DNA from: an uncultured Dehalococcoidia bacterium
GTDB lineage: Bacteria; Chloroflexota; Dehalococcoidia; Lucifugimonadales; UBA3495
Direction: 5' to 3'
DNA: 64,000 bases
Assembly (NCBI GenBank): GCA_951813535.1
Contig: OX638345.1
Coordinates: 1,607,158 to 1,671,157, forward strand
Of the stretch, positions 30,082 to 40,500 are shown piece after piece (position 1 is the first letter of the stretch; every line of letters begins with the position of its first letter). The translations under genes and the position numbers were made by a program. The notes below the pieces were generated by a model. That model ran no database searches, was not told the DNA's origin, and was given only the letters and a program-made list of their open reading frames with translations.

Positions 30082-30102
30082 GCCGGCAGTAGGCCGGGTT
30101 TT
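30082..30102 (+). terminator. Weak intrinsic-terminator-like hairpin
   Basis: CCGGC-AGTAG-GCCGG followed by G and TTTTT. It lies 8 nt before the IS1380 left end. Confidence 0.35.
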
Positions 30103-30110
30103 TACGCTAT

Positions 30111-31821
30111 GCCCCAATCCACCGAAAGGATGGGTGTGGCGGCATGGTGATGGGATAAGAAAGTGCTCCCGGCTTCGGGGATAATGGTTTTTGACAACGA
30201 AAACCAATCCCTCACAAGGAGCACCCAACGGATGCTACCACCTGAGCGTCCTGACCGCATCCATGTCGCCTTCGACGATCACCGCTTGGTGGCCAACGCC
30301 GGGCTGCTTTTGCCGGTTACCCTGGCCCATCATCTGGGGCTGGGCGAGTTGGTTGACCGCCACGTTGACTTGGGAGATGCGCCGGGACGGGCCAACGCTG
30401 GCGACAAGATACTGACGTTGGTGGCATCGGCATTGGCCGGTGGCGACTGCATTGATGATGCCGACGCGCTACGCGCTGGGGGGACCGAGCACGTGCTGGG
30501 CTGCGCAGTCAAGGCGCCTTCCACGCTGGGGACCTTCCTGCGGAGTTTCCGATGGGGCCACGTGCGGCAGCTGGACCGGGTGAGCCGAGAGGCGCTGGCG
30601 AGGGCCTGGGCGGCTGGTGCCGGACCCGGCGATGAGCCGCTGACCATTGATCTTGATTCCACTGTCTGCGAGACCTTTGGGTTGGATAAGGAAGGCGCGC
30701 AGCGCCACAACTACGCGGGACAGCGGGGCTATCACCCGCTCCTCGCCGTTGCCGCCGGAACCGGCGACGTGCTGATGGCACGGCTGCGCCAGGGCCGGGC
30801 CAACACCGCTCGAGGGGCCGCCCACTTCCTGCGTGAGACCATCAGCCGAGTGCGCTACGCGGGGGCCACCGGGCCACTGACCATGCGGGCCGACAGTGGC
30901 TTCTACAACCACGACATCGTCGCCGTCTGCCGGAAGACCAAGGTCCGCTTCTCCATCACCGTACGCCAGTACCAAAGCGTGCGCAATCTCATCGAGGCCA
31001 TACCCGAAGCAGAGTGGACGCCCATCCCTTACTGGATGGAGGGAGCCGCCGACGTGGCGGAGACCACCTACACTCCGTTTCAGCATGAGCCCGACGCCGT
31101 ATCGGTCCGACTCATCGTCCGCAGAGTGAAACCCACGCCCGGCTCCCAACTCGCGCTGCTTGCCACCCACAGCTATCACGCTTTCATCACCGATAGAGAC
31201 GGCGACACCCTGGAACTGGAGGCCAACCATCGCCGCCACGCCGAGATCGAGAACGCCATCCGCGATCTCAAGTACGGCGTGGGGCTCAATCACCTGCCCT
31301 CGGGGCGCTTCCCCGCCAACGCCGCCTGGCTGGCAGTACAGGTGATGGCGCATAACCTCGCCCGCTGGACCGCCCGCATCGGCATGGGAGAGCAACTGAT
31401 CACCACCAAGACCCTCCGACGACGCTTCTTCTCCCTCCCCGGACGCATCACTCGCAAGGCACGCCGTCTCACTTTGCATCTTCCCCGGGGCTGGCCCTGG
31501 CAGAACCAGTTCGCTGGTGCCCTGGCGAGACTGCGCGCCCTGCCACTGCCTTCCTGACGCCGCCCTCCGCCTTTGACCTATACACAATAACGCCCCACGC
31601 CTGGACGATCAGCGCCTCAGGCTGGGCCCCTCACGGTCTCCGCCGGCGGTCTGCGCTGAAAATCGCTCCCAACGCCGCTACCACGGGCCGCAAACATCCC
31701 CTGGCGTAGCAGCCACACTACCCATCGTCCATTTCACCGGCATCCGGTCCTCGCCAACCCATGCCCTGACCCCGCATCCCTCGTCTGATCGCCGCCGCGG
31801 TATCCCCTCGGTGGATTCGGG
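30111..31821 (+). mobile_element. IS1380-family element, apparently intact, with a 5-bp target duplication
   Basis: Left IR CCCCAATCCACCGAAAGG and right IR CCTCGGTGGATTCGGG. Flanked by CTATG at 30106-30110 and 31822-31826. Confidence 0.85.
30232..31557 (+). CDS. IS1380-family DDE transposase
   Basis: AGGAG lies 10 nt before the ATG. The N-terminus DRIHVAFDDHRLVANAGLLLPVTLAHHLGLGELVD...LAGGDCIDDADALRAGG is typical of the family. The ORF is uninterrupted. Confidence 0.85.
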   Translation: MLPPERPDRIHVAFDDHRLVANAGLLLPVTLAHHLGLGELVDRHVDLGDAPGRANAGDKILTLVASALAGGDCIDDADALRAGGTEHVLGCAVKAPSTLGTFLRSFRWGHVRQLDRVSREALARAWAAGAGPGDEPLTIDLDSTVCETFGLDKEGAQRHNYAGQRGYHPLLAVAAGTGDVLMARLRQGRANTARGAAHFLRETISRVRYAGATGPLTMRADSGFYNHDIVAVCRKTKVRFSITVRQYQSVRNLIEAIPEAEWTPIPYWMEGAADVAETTYTPFQHEPDAVSVRLIVRRVKPTPGSQLALLATHSYHAFITDRDGDTLELEANHRRHAEIENAIRDLKYGVGLNHLPSGRFPANAAWLAVQVMAHNLARWTARIGMGEQLITTKTLRRRFFSLPGRITRKARRLTLHLPRGWPWQNQFAGALARLRALPLPS

Positions 31822-31877
31822 CTATGGAAGAAGATTCAAACCCGGCCTACGTTCCGCCACGTCAAAACCAAGTCTGT

Positions 31878-32186
31878 TCAGTCAGTGCTTTCGACGATCA
31901 AAGAGATGGTCCTGGCGGCGCGGTCGCGGAGTTCCCTGAGGTCTGCATATTCTCCCGGAGGCTGCGGGTCCCTTGCCCAATCCTGAGCCTGCTCTGTCGT
32001 CTCAAATTCCATGACTGCCACCCGCCTGTGGCCGGACGAATCTCCGCCTATCACTTCAGACACGTTGCCGCGCATTAGATATTTCCCGCCTTTCGCTTCC
32101 AACTGCGGCCCCACTCGCCGGCGGAACTCTGCATGGAGTTCCTCGTCCAGTATTTCGGCGGTGTGCAAAATTACGTAGGCTGGCAT
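31878..32186 (-). CDS. DUF1330-domain protein
   Basis: AAGGAGGGTAATTCA precedes the ATG. MPAYVILHTAEILDEE...GGKYLMRG...VAVMEFETTEQAQDWA fits the DUF1330 pattern. Confidence 0.8.
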   Translation of the reverse strand: MPAYVILHTAEILDEELHAEFRRRVGPQLEAKGGKYLMRGNVSEVIGGDSSGHRRVAVMEFETTEQAQDWARDPQPPGEYADLRELRDRAARTISLIVESTD

Positions 32187-32412
32187 TGAATTACCCTCCT
32201 TATGTTGAGTGTTTTGACATGGTGAACCGCTCAGTTTCTTATACCCCATAAGTCCTGGCACTTCAATTCAGCGCGATGAGAAGCACAACCAAATCTTGGC
32301 CAGTCGGTCTGGCTGGATGGTCCGGCAGGCCAGCTACCGGCAGAATCTTGGGTTGGTCGCGACCGCTATAGTGACGCCCGCGATTCTCCATCAGAGGTCA
32401 GGAAGCAATCAT

Positions 32413-32751
32413 ATGGCAGCGTAGTTGCTGATCGAAAGCGAGATAACTGACCCGGCAATCTTCTCTGAATATGAAGCACGAATACCGGGAGTGGTCGACA
32501 CTCACGGCGGTACAGGTCTGGTGTTCGGTGGAGAAACTTAGGTCGTCGAAGGCGACCAGCGTCCGGGTCGGGTTGAGACTCTCGAGTTTGATGCTGCTGC
32601 CCAAGCCGGCGAGCTGATCCGCTCACCTTTTTATCAGGCACTCTCCGCCGTGCGCGGACGGAGCAGCAACACCAGGGCAATACCGGTGCAGGGGGTCGTG
32701 GCCCAACCAACTCAGGCATCCACCCGAACCGCGACCACGTCTATACCATGA
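32413..32751 (+). pseudogene. DUF1330 paralog with two in-frame TAG codons
   Basis: MAA*LLIESEITDPAIFSEYEARIPGVVDTHGGTGLVFGGET*VVEGDQRPGRVETLEFDAAAQAGELIRSPFYQAL. The stops are at 32422-32424 and 32539-32541. The frame is otherwise continuous. Confidence 0.7.
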
Positions 32752-34532
32752 TATTTCCTGTGGCGGACCGATGATGCGTAGTGGCGCAGCAATCGGAAAG
32801 AGAGATCGTCAACGTCCGGTGTTTCCGCCTGTTCGCTCATGAACGCAATCCGGTCTTCGATGTTCTCTTCGGCGAAAACCGCCATAAACTCGATTTCCAA
32901 AGACTCGGTGCCGCGCTTGGCCAAAACAATCAAGCGAGGTGGTGTGTCGTCCGTGTAACCATCTCGCAGCTCAAGCATACTGGACAGGGTTTCCTCACCA
33001 GCAGCACACAACCGCTCAACCGACGAATCACTCCAACCCAGGTCCGTTCCGATACGACGCAGGAACTCATCAACAGTTGGTACTGCTACAGCATCCAATT
33101 GAGTGTTCAATCGGCGGCGGCGAGAAATCGTAAAGTCGACCACCATCGACATCAATAAGGCGGACAGAATGCCCACCACCACGCTGTTTCCAAACGTCAC
33201 ACCCCAAAAGTCGCCCAAAACGACGGCCAGGATGTTCCGGCTTTGCAGTCCAACCGCAATAGCAAGAGAAAGACCCATGATCACCGATTTTTGAGGATTC
33301 AAACCGTCTTGAGCAGCGGTGCGGACGCCCTCCACGAAGAGCAAACCCATGATGACCATCAAAATGCTGCCAGACACCGGCGGCGGTATGGTCATCATCA
33401 GCGCAACTACTTTGGGCAACAGGGCCAGGACGATCAGAATAGCTCCAACCACGTATGCCACCCGGCGGGCCGCCACGCCGGTAAAGCTGACGAGAGCCAT
33501 CGTGGACGGCAAATAGTTGAGGGCTGGCAATACCCCCAGCACCCCTGACGCCAATACCGCCAGTCCGCTAGTGTTCAGTGTTCCCTGTACGCTGCGAAAG
33601 TCGATTGCGCGGGGTACCCGGCGCGATACCTGTTGAATGACCGCACTCTCGGCGCTGGCTTTGAGGCCGACCACCACGCTGACAATCAGAAAAGAAGGCA
33701 GGAGCGCCCAGAAATCAGGGCTGAGTACCGAGCCGAATCGGGGCCATGCGGAAAATTCGGGAAGGTCAAACCAGGACGTTTCCAGCACTGGTTGAAAATC
33801 ATAAATCCCCAGGATGTAGCTGACCACGCACCCGATTACGATAGTGATCGGTAGGGCTATGGCACGAATTAATCCGGCGCCGCGGAGCATCAAAACAGTC
33901 GCCGTAATCAGGGTTATGGCTCCGACAAGCGGTCCCGTAAAGAATGCGGCATCAGGCGGGATGTTGTTCAGTCTGGCCGCCGCGATGGGCATTGCGGAAA
34001 GAGCCACCACCATGAGCGCCACTCCCGAAACGACCGGGGTGATCACCCGGTTCAATTTTGCCAGGAATGCGGACATGGCGAATTGCAACAAAGACGCCGT
34101 GATCACCAGTATCGACATCAGGGCCAAGCCGCCCTGAATGGCGGCCAGTACGCATACTGCGAGAAATGGAACGCTGGACCCCATTAACAATAAATGACCT
34201 GCTCCAAGGCGCCCAAAACGGACCGCATGAATGATGATTCCGATTCCAGCCACCATCAAAGACGCGAACAACGCCCAGGACAAATAATCAGCATCGGCCC
34301 TTATCGCCAGCACGAAAACGGTGGTGATCGTGACGACGGTCGACATTGCGATCACTGCCCCCTGGGCTGCCACTCCCAAAGTCACAAGCGGCGGGGATGC
34401 GTCGCTTGCTTCGTATGACAGGTTGTTGTTTCGCACCACCGTTACTCCCAAATTTCCTGGCGACTCTCTTCCGAGATTGATTTTACGGTCAGGGGCGTAA
34501 AATATCGAATTACAAGAAAACTGCGAGCCCAC
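32712..34532 (-). CDS. NCS2 (nucleobase/ascorbate)-like permease with a ~180-aa cytoplasmic C-terminal extension
   Basis: Polytopic. Segments resemble NCS2 blocks (QGAVIAM, GRLGAGHLLLMGSSVPFLAV, ITPVVSGVALMVVALSAMPIA). The C-terminal soluble domain is shared with the fragment at 23582. The start codon is uncertain (GTG options at 34532 and ~34437). Confidence 0.6.
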   Translation of the reverse strand: MGSQFSCNSIFYAPDRKINLGRESPGNLGVTVVRNNNLSYEASDASPPLVTLGVAAQGAVIAMSTVVTITTVFVLAIRADADYLSWALFASLMVAGIGIIIHAVRFGRLGAGHLLLMGSSVPFLAVCVLAAIQGGLALMSILVITASLLQFAMSAFLAKLNRVITPVVSGVALMVVALSAMPIAAARLNNIPPDAAFFTGPLVGAITLITATVLMLRGAGLIRAIALPITIVIGCVVSYILGIYDFQPVLETSWFDLPEFSAWPRFGSVLSPDFWALLPSFLIVSVVVGLKASAESAVIQQVSRRVPRAIDFRSVQGTLNTSGLAVLASGVLGVLPALNYLPSTMALVSFTGVAARRVAYVVGAILIVLALLPKVVALMMTIPPPVSGSILMVIMGLLFVEGVRTAAQDGLNPQKSVIMGLSLAIAVGLQSRNILAVVLGDFWGVTFGNSVVVGILSALLMSMVVDFTISRRRRLNTQLDAVAVPTVDEFLRRIGTDLGWSDSSVERLCAAGEETLSSMLELRDGYTDDTPPRLIVLAKRGTESLEIEFMAVFAEENIEDRIAFMSEQAETPDVDDLSFRLLRHYASSVRHRKYHGIDVVAVRVDA

Positions 34533-34740
34533 TGCGGCAAAATAAACGCGGCGAGTATAAAGCTTACTCGCCGCCTGTCATTGTGGCATCCAGTTGGATG
34601 CCAGCCCGACCCACAGCCGCGACCCATCAGCTCGAAATGCGTCAAAGGAAATGAGCTGGTTACGAAAAAGTCGGGGGCCTCTTGATGATGGCCATACCTC
34701 GGGCAAGGAATCGCTGCAGACGCGCCAAAGTACGGTCCGG

Positions 34741-35919
34741 CTAATCTTCGATTTGCCGGTATTCCCCGTTCTCGTCCAGCACCGTCAGATAGACTTGGTC
34801 TAACCCCTGGTTATCCCCAACGCTGTAATTCAGTACAAGCCCATCCAGATCAATCTCGTCCTGGCTGAGCGCAGATTCTATGAAACATCGGCGAGTCAGA
34901 TCAGGGCCACAGGCGTCCACTAACCAGATGGCAAGCCTACCCGACAAATAGCCTTCCAGGGACACGAAATCAGGTGATGCGCTGGGGTTATAGGCTTGCA
35001 GGGCTGCATTGTAACTGACCACTACCGGGAGCTGAGCGTCGTCGTAAAACGGCACCACCTGGGTAACGTATATGTCCTTTCGATTCTCTCCAAGCTTGTT
35101 TGCCAGCGTCTTCCCTCCGGCAAAAGAAACGGTTGCGAACTGCGGATCGGCTTCTTTTCGCACCAGTTTGACCAGATTGGCCACTGCCTCCGGTGTACCA
35201 AACATCACCACCGCATCCGGTTTGGCATTGATGATTTCTGATGCAGCATCATCAATGCCACCAGCATTGCGTTCGTAATGCCAGGTATCAAATATTTCCA
35301 TGCCACGCCGACCGAGCGCCAGGCGGACCCCCTGCAGCCCCGCTGCCCCGAAAGCATCATTTTGGTAAAACACGCCAATTCGGCTGATGCCGTATTCACC
35401 AGTCAGGTGATCAATTATTCGCTCAGATTCCTGATAGTAAGAAGCACGCAGATTTATCACATTATCGAGCGATGGATCCCGCAAAAACTCGGCGCCGGTG
35501 AAGGGCGTAATGAAAGGAACTCCGCCGGCTTGGGCGATAGGCAATGCTCCCCAGGAGGTTGGAGTTCCCACTGCTCCAATAAGCGCAAAGACCCGCGCTT
35601 TTTCGATCAGTTGCGTGGTGGCGTGAACGGCATACTCTGTTTCGTAGGAATCGTCCATGGACTGCAAAGCTAAATAGCGTCCGTGTACGCCGCCTTTCTG
35701 ATTTGCTTCATGAAAAGCAGTCTCGATGCCGAGACGCATCGATGTTCCCAAATATTGGGACGGTCCGCTCAGCACAGCTGATTGCCCAAACAGCACTTCG
35801 TTCTCCGAAACGCCGGGGACTTGGTTGGTGGCGATGGCGGCGGTCTGACATGCTGCCCCAACAAGAAACAACATCGCAAGGAAAATCAACCCAAACCTAT
35901 GAGACACGTTCACCATCAA
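34741..35919 (-). CDS. ABC transporter substrate-binding protein (Leu/Ile/Val-binding-like family), orphan
   Basis: N-terminal signal FGLIFLAMLFLVGAAC, then a type-I periplasmic binding fold pattern (VLFGQSAVLSGPSQYLG, ALIGAVGTPT). No permease or ATPase genes are adjacent. Confidence 0.75.
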   Translation of the reverse strand: MMVNVSHRFGLIFLAMLFLVGAACQTAAIATNQVPGVSENEVLFGQSAVLSGPSQYLGTSMRLGIETAFHEANQKGGVHGRYLALQSMDDSYETEYAVHATTQLIEKARVFALIGAVGTPTSWGALPIAQAGGVPFITPFTGAEFLRDPSLDNVINLRASYYQESERIIDHLTGEYGISRIGVFYQNDAFGAAGLQGVRLALGRRGMEIFDTWHYERNAGGIDDAASEIINAKPDAVVMFGTPEAVANLVKLVRKEADPQFATVSFAGGKTLANKLGENRKDIYVTQVVPFYDDAQLPVVVSYNAALQAYNPSASPDFVSLEGYLSGRLAIWLVDACGPDLTRRCFIESALSQDEIDLDGLVLNYSVGDNQGLDQVYLTVLDENGEYRQIED

Positions 35920-36243
35920 ACCTCCGGCGAACCAACCGCTTCGTCAAAAGGTGCAATATTTTGGCGCAAAAACGGTTCGAATACAATTCCGCTGTCCTAC
36001 GATTCTGCGCTGTCAAGCGGAAAGCGAAAATGTTCGCGCGACTACGCAGGAACCGCCACCAGACATTGGCACACTGTAGGCCATCTCAAGGGAGCTGAGA
36101 ATCCCGCAGATAATCGTGCGCAAGTGCGCCTGCGCTGAGACCCCGACCACCAAGAAACCCAGTGCCAGAGAGTTCACCAAGCCGACGGTGCTCCCGAAGC
36201 CAACCCGTTGCTAACCAACCATGCGGACATTGTCGCATCGATT

Positions 36244-37052
36244 AGGTTCTGTTGACATTTCACCGTAACCAGACGAGAGCGGCGGTGAAATGCAGGAAGC
36301 CCAGGTATCTGGTGTCCAGTTTCTCAAACCGGGAGAATATCCGGCGATAGTGTTTCATCTTGCCGATGAAGCATTCCACCAGATGACGCTCCCGGTACAG
36401 ATGACGGTCATAATCAGCGGGTTCCTTGCGGTTCGAGGGGGGCGGAATGACCGGGGTCATGCCCAGTTCCAGGATGTGCTGGCGAAACTCCCGAGCGTCA
36501 TATCCTTTGTCGGCCAGTACGTGCTCGCCAGCGTAACCCGCGATCAACCCCTCCGCCTGGGTGATGTCGTGCTGTTGCCCTCCGGTCAGGATGAACCGCA
36601 AGGGGTTGCCCAAGCCGTCCACGCTCACGTGAACCTTCGTGCTGAACCCGCCTCGGCTCCGGCCCAGGGACTGGGCGGCCTGACCGCCTTTTTGGGGGGC
36701 GCTCCCGCCGCGCAAGGGTGTGCCCGTACCACCGTGCTGTCAATGATCAGGTATTCCAGATCAGGGTCGTCGGAGAAACATTGATGCATCTGTTCCCAGA
36801 CGCCTTGGTCAGTCCACCGGGCGAACCGTTTGTAGACAGTGTTCCAGTTCCCGTACTCGGCAGGCAGCAGTCGCCATTGCGCCCCAGAGCGGTTGATCCA
36901 TAAGACGGCCTCGACAAACCGTCGGCAATCCGCTTCCTGGCCGACGTACACGCCAGTGCGGCCACGCAAGAAATCGAGAATCCTGACCCACTGTTCCGGT
37001 GATAGTCTGATGTTTGACATGCGGCCATTGTAATCAAATGTCAACAGAGCCT
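36244..37052 (-). mobile_element. IS5-family (IS427-like) element
   Basis: 17-bp IRs AGGTTCTGTTGACATTT (36244-36260) and AAATGTCAACAGAGCCT (37036-37052), 16 of 17 matching. A TA dinucleotide lies on both flanks. Confidence 0.85.
36260..37020 (-). CDS. IS5-family transposase, two frames joined by a -1 frameshift site
   Basis: orfA is [18 protein letters not shown]...AGAPPKK. orfB is [22 protein letters not shown]...ADKGYDA...[15 protein letters not shown]. The frames overlap at CCCCCCAAAAAGG (~36685-36700), where orfB is -1 relative to orfA. Confidence 0.8.
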
Positions 37053-37548
37053 AGCGACAATAACGAATGTCTCCATGTTGCCCCTGAGGAACCAAGCCAT
37101 GAAACATGAGGTGTTTGACCACCATCGCCCTCCGGCTTGCTGATACCCGCTGTGATTCGCCCAAGGGTCAGTATGTCAACGAGACGGATCAGCCCCTCGG
37201 GCGTTAGGCTCGGCGCTCCATTCATTGTACTGTGACCCCGCACCAACGGCCGCGTGGGCTGTCGAATGTTGGTTGACCGAGTGTTCTGCTACAGCCTGGC
37301 AACGTGTGATTAGGTCTGAAAGATGCACGACGATTTGGACGTATTGCAGCCCCTCCATCACCGTCATGGTGTCGGAAGACCCGGATAATCCCACCATGCG
37401 TCAACCTCAGCGTACACTAGGCAAACCCCCTACGACCGGATGCGATCGGGTGTGTTTGGGCCCGAAACAGCCTTGCCGCCGCGGTGCTTATTGATACCCC
37501 TTCAAACAGGAATTATGCCCTATTGATAAATTGGCGCCGGGGAAGGGA

Positions 37549-40500
37549 CTATACGCCTGCAACGCCGTCTCGGCAGGCCAAGCGACCGTACTCTGCTTTG
37601 TTCAATATACGAGCGATGACAGAATCTCTTTCGGCACTAACCGTTCTGCGTTTCCGCTCGGAAGGCTCGTAGAGGTACAAAGGCTCCGGAATGTACGTCC
37701 GGTTCTCAGCCATCTCGATTATCGGCACCATGAAGGCCCAATCGGTGGCGATGTCGATCCATTCTCCGTCCAGTTTCAGGTCGTCGATGTCGATTGCGTC
37801 GAAGAGATACTTCCTGAACGTGCGCAGGTGCTGCCAAACGTTGCTAGTCCACCATCTGGGCCGTTCAAAGTCGGCCAGATACACCGCTTGCTTGTCCAGC
37901 CTCAACATCGAACCGACAGTGACGTCGGCCCCATTTTCATACTCCACGCGGAGCCGTTCGAGAACACCGGTGCCGATTAGTGCATCATCTGCGTCCAAGG
38001 TGATGATCACGCTCTGGGGGTCGGCGCAATAGTTGGTGATGGCGTTCCAGGTGTTGTAGAGCAGGCCTTTTCGCGTTGCGTTCCGGACAATGGTAACCCG
38101 ACCCCTGTAATCCGCCAGCAGGATCTCGGTATAGTCGCCGAAACCGTTGGTGGAAGCGTCATCCACCACGACAGTGCCCCAATCGGAGCCATACTGAGCT
38201 GTCAGTGATTCGATGCAGCGTTTGAACTGCCCTGGGTCCACGTTGCGGCCACAGATCACGAAAACGAACGCTTCGGCTCGCATTGGCCCGGCCCAGTCCG
38301 CCACCCAGCCTTGAAGGTCCACCTTTCCAAGCTGGCAATCAGGGACATAGCCGCGCTCAACGGCCGTCAGGATGTCCAGCAACTCCTCCGCATCAGCCTT
38401 GCGCTCGTTGGGCACATGGATGAACGACGTTCGCGGATCGCCCCCGCGATAGCTCCGGAACTCGCTGCCGGCGATGAAACGGTCAAACGCCCGGTGCCAT
38501 CCCGTGACGAAACGGCCATTCTCCAAATCGTTTGCGATGGGGAGCACCGACTCAAGGCGCATGCGGTCAAACAGGCATCCCCTGACCTCAACCCGCCAGT
38601 CGCCGTCGGGCCCGGTGTCGGTGTAGGGCAACGGGTCCGAACGGCAGATACTCAAAGGCACGAAGAGGGCGTTGGGGTCGTCGCGGAGCACCCCGGCAAG
38701 TTCAGAGAGGTAGTCGTGCTCAACGTCGTCGCGATGGATGAGCAGGTCGCTGTCCAACTGAAGCACGTAATTGCCAATGCAAGCATCGAATCCGTACAGC
38801 GTGGCGAACAACTGCTGGCTGCTGGCCGAGTGGGTTTCCAATGACTCGACGCCAAACCACTTCCGGTACGTGTCCCGAATTGTGGCGGGATCTTCAGGTG
38901 CATAGACCACGCGGTCAACCACGCCGTCCCGCAGCAGCCGGTCCATCGCCTCCCGGTGAGCGTCAGCATCCGGCACGTCGTATTGGCGAAGGAAGGGACC
39001 CGGTGATGGGTCCACCACCACGACTTTCTCGATGAACCTAACCGGATCCTCCAACTGCGCCACCTGATGGCGGACAAACCGCTCGATGGTCCGCCACTCC
39101 ATGTGGCAGGTCTTGATCAGCAGCGACACGCTGGAGCCCGAATCGACATCAGGGCGAAGCTCGAACACCAGGTGGTCAGATGCCGGCCGCAACTCGCCGA
39201 TGTCGGCACCGTCCAATTCTTTCACCGCGGCCACACGCAGACCTGCCTTGGCGAAAGCACGACGATAGGTGGCCAAGCTGCGGTGGACCTCATCCCGCAC
39301 GTTGCCGTGCGGCGCCACCGCTTTTTCGTAGACGAAGGTGTCATGATAGCCGAGGTCGCTCTGATGGGGCCTGGAGTTCAGCTCCGTTGAGGCAACTTCC
39401 AGGTAAAAGGGGTTGCATACCGCCACCCACGCCCGACCTTGATCCGCGACCAGGCGGCGCAGGTCCGACATCACCGTGGCCAACTCATTGCTGTCCGCGA
39501 TCGTGCATAGCACTCGGCTGTAGATCACAGCGGCGAACCGCGTGGAATCAGCCCGCAACCGCTCCAACATGGTGGAGTCGACGTATTGCACCGAACCGCC
39601 GTGTTCCAGGCATTTCGCCATGGCGTCGGCATCGGGATCGTACCCGGTGACGTTGGGGACCTTGTTGGCAAGCAGTTCGGCCAGTTCGCCGTTGCCGCAC
39701 CCGTAATCCAGGACAGTCTTGGGACTGTGCTCCATGACCATGCCTGCCAGGGGCGCGTGCAGGAGCTCGCCTGGTCCCCGTGGATCCACCGCGCGCCTGA
39801 ACTGATCCAGACCCGCCAACTCCGGCAGGTCCGGTTCGTCCAATGACCGGGTCATCAGCGCTTTGAGGTCGGACCGGAAATGGAACCGGTAGGTGAGTAG
39901 CGCGCGACGACACATCTGCTCGAACTCGTTCTCATCGAACGGCACGATGTCGGCGCCGATGTCGATGCATTTCAACCCGGATGGCGTCACCAGCAGGTTG
40001 TCCGGGTGGAGATTCCGACACGCTATGCCTGCTGTACGGCACTCCCGCAACAGGGTGAGAATGTCCTCCAAGCGGCCCCCGTTGTAACGGTCTCCTCGCT
40101 CATACGGGTAGACCGCCGCGACGTGCTCGCCCCATTGGCGGACTTCTCGGATGTCCGGCAACGTGCGGCAACCCGACGTCCGCCCCACCAGCGATAGCAA
40201 AAACGCCACCTTCTGATCCCGTGTGCCCGGCCTCCAGTAGTGGAAGTATTTGTAGACCATGCTGCCGTCGGTGAAGACCGCACCCTCTTCTCCGACGCCC
40301 AGACAAATCAGCGGGCCGGTCCCGAACTCGTCCTTGATGCGGGCTTCCGCCTCGGTCCGGATTGCGTCAACCGGCAACGTCACCATCGACCGGTGCCGCG
40401 CCACCACTTGGTGCAGGTTGAGGAAATACTCCCGCGCGGCTGTATCATCAGCCTCTGCGACCCTGCGTCGGAATTCTGCCAATCGGTCCGGGGTGTATAC

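Noticed and set aside
30469-31587. 372-aa minus-strand ORF
   Set aside because: It is antisense to the IS1380 transposase.
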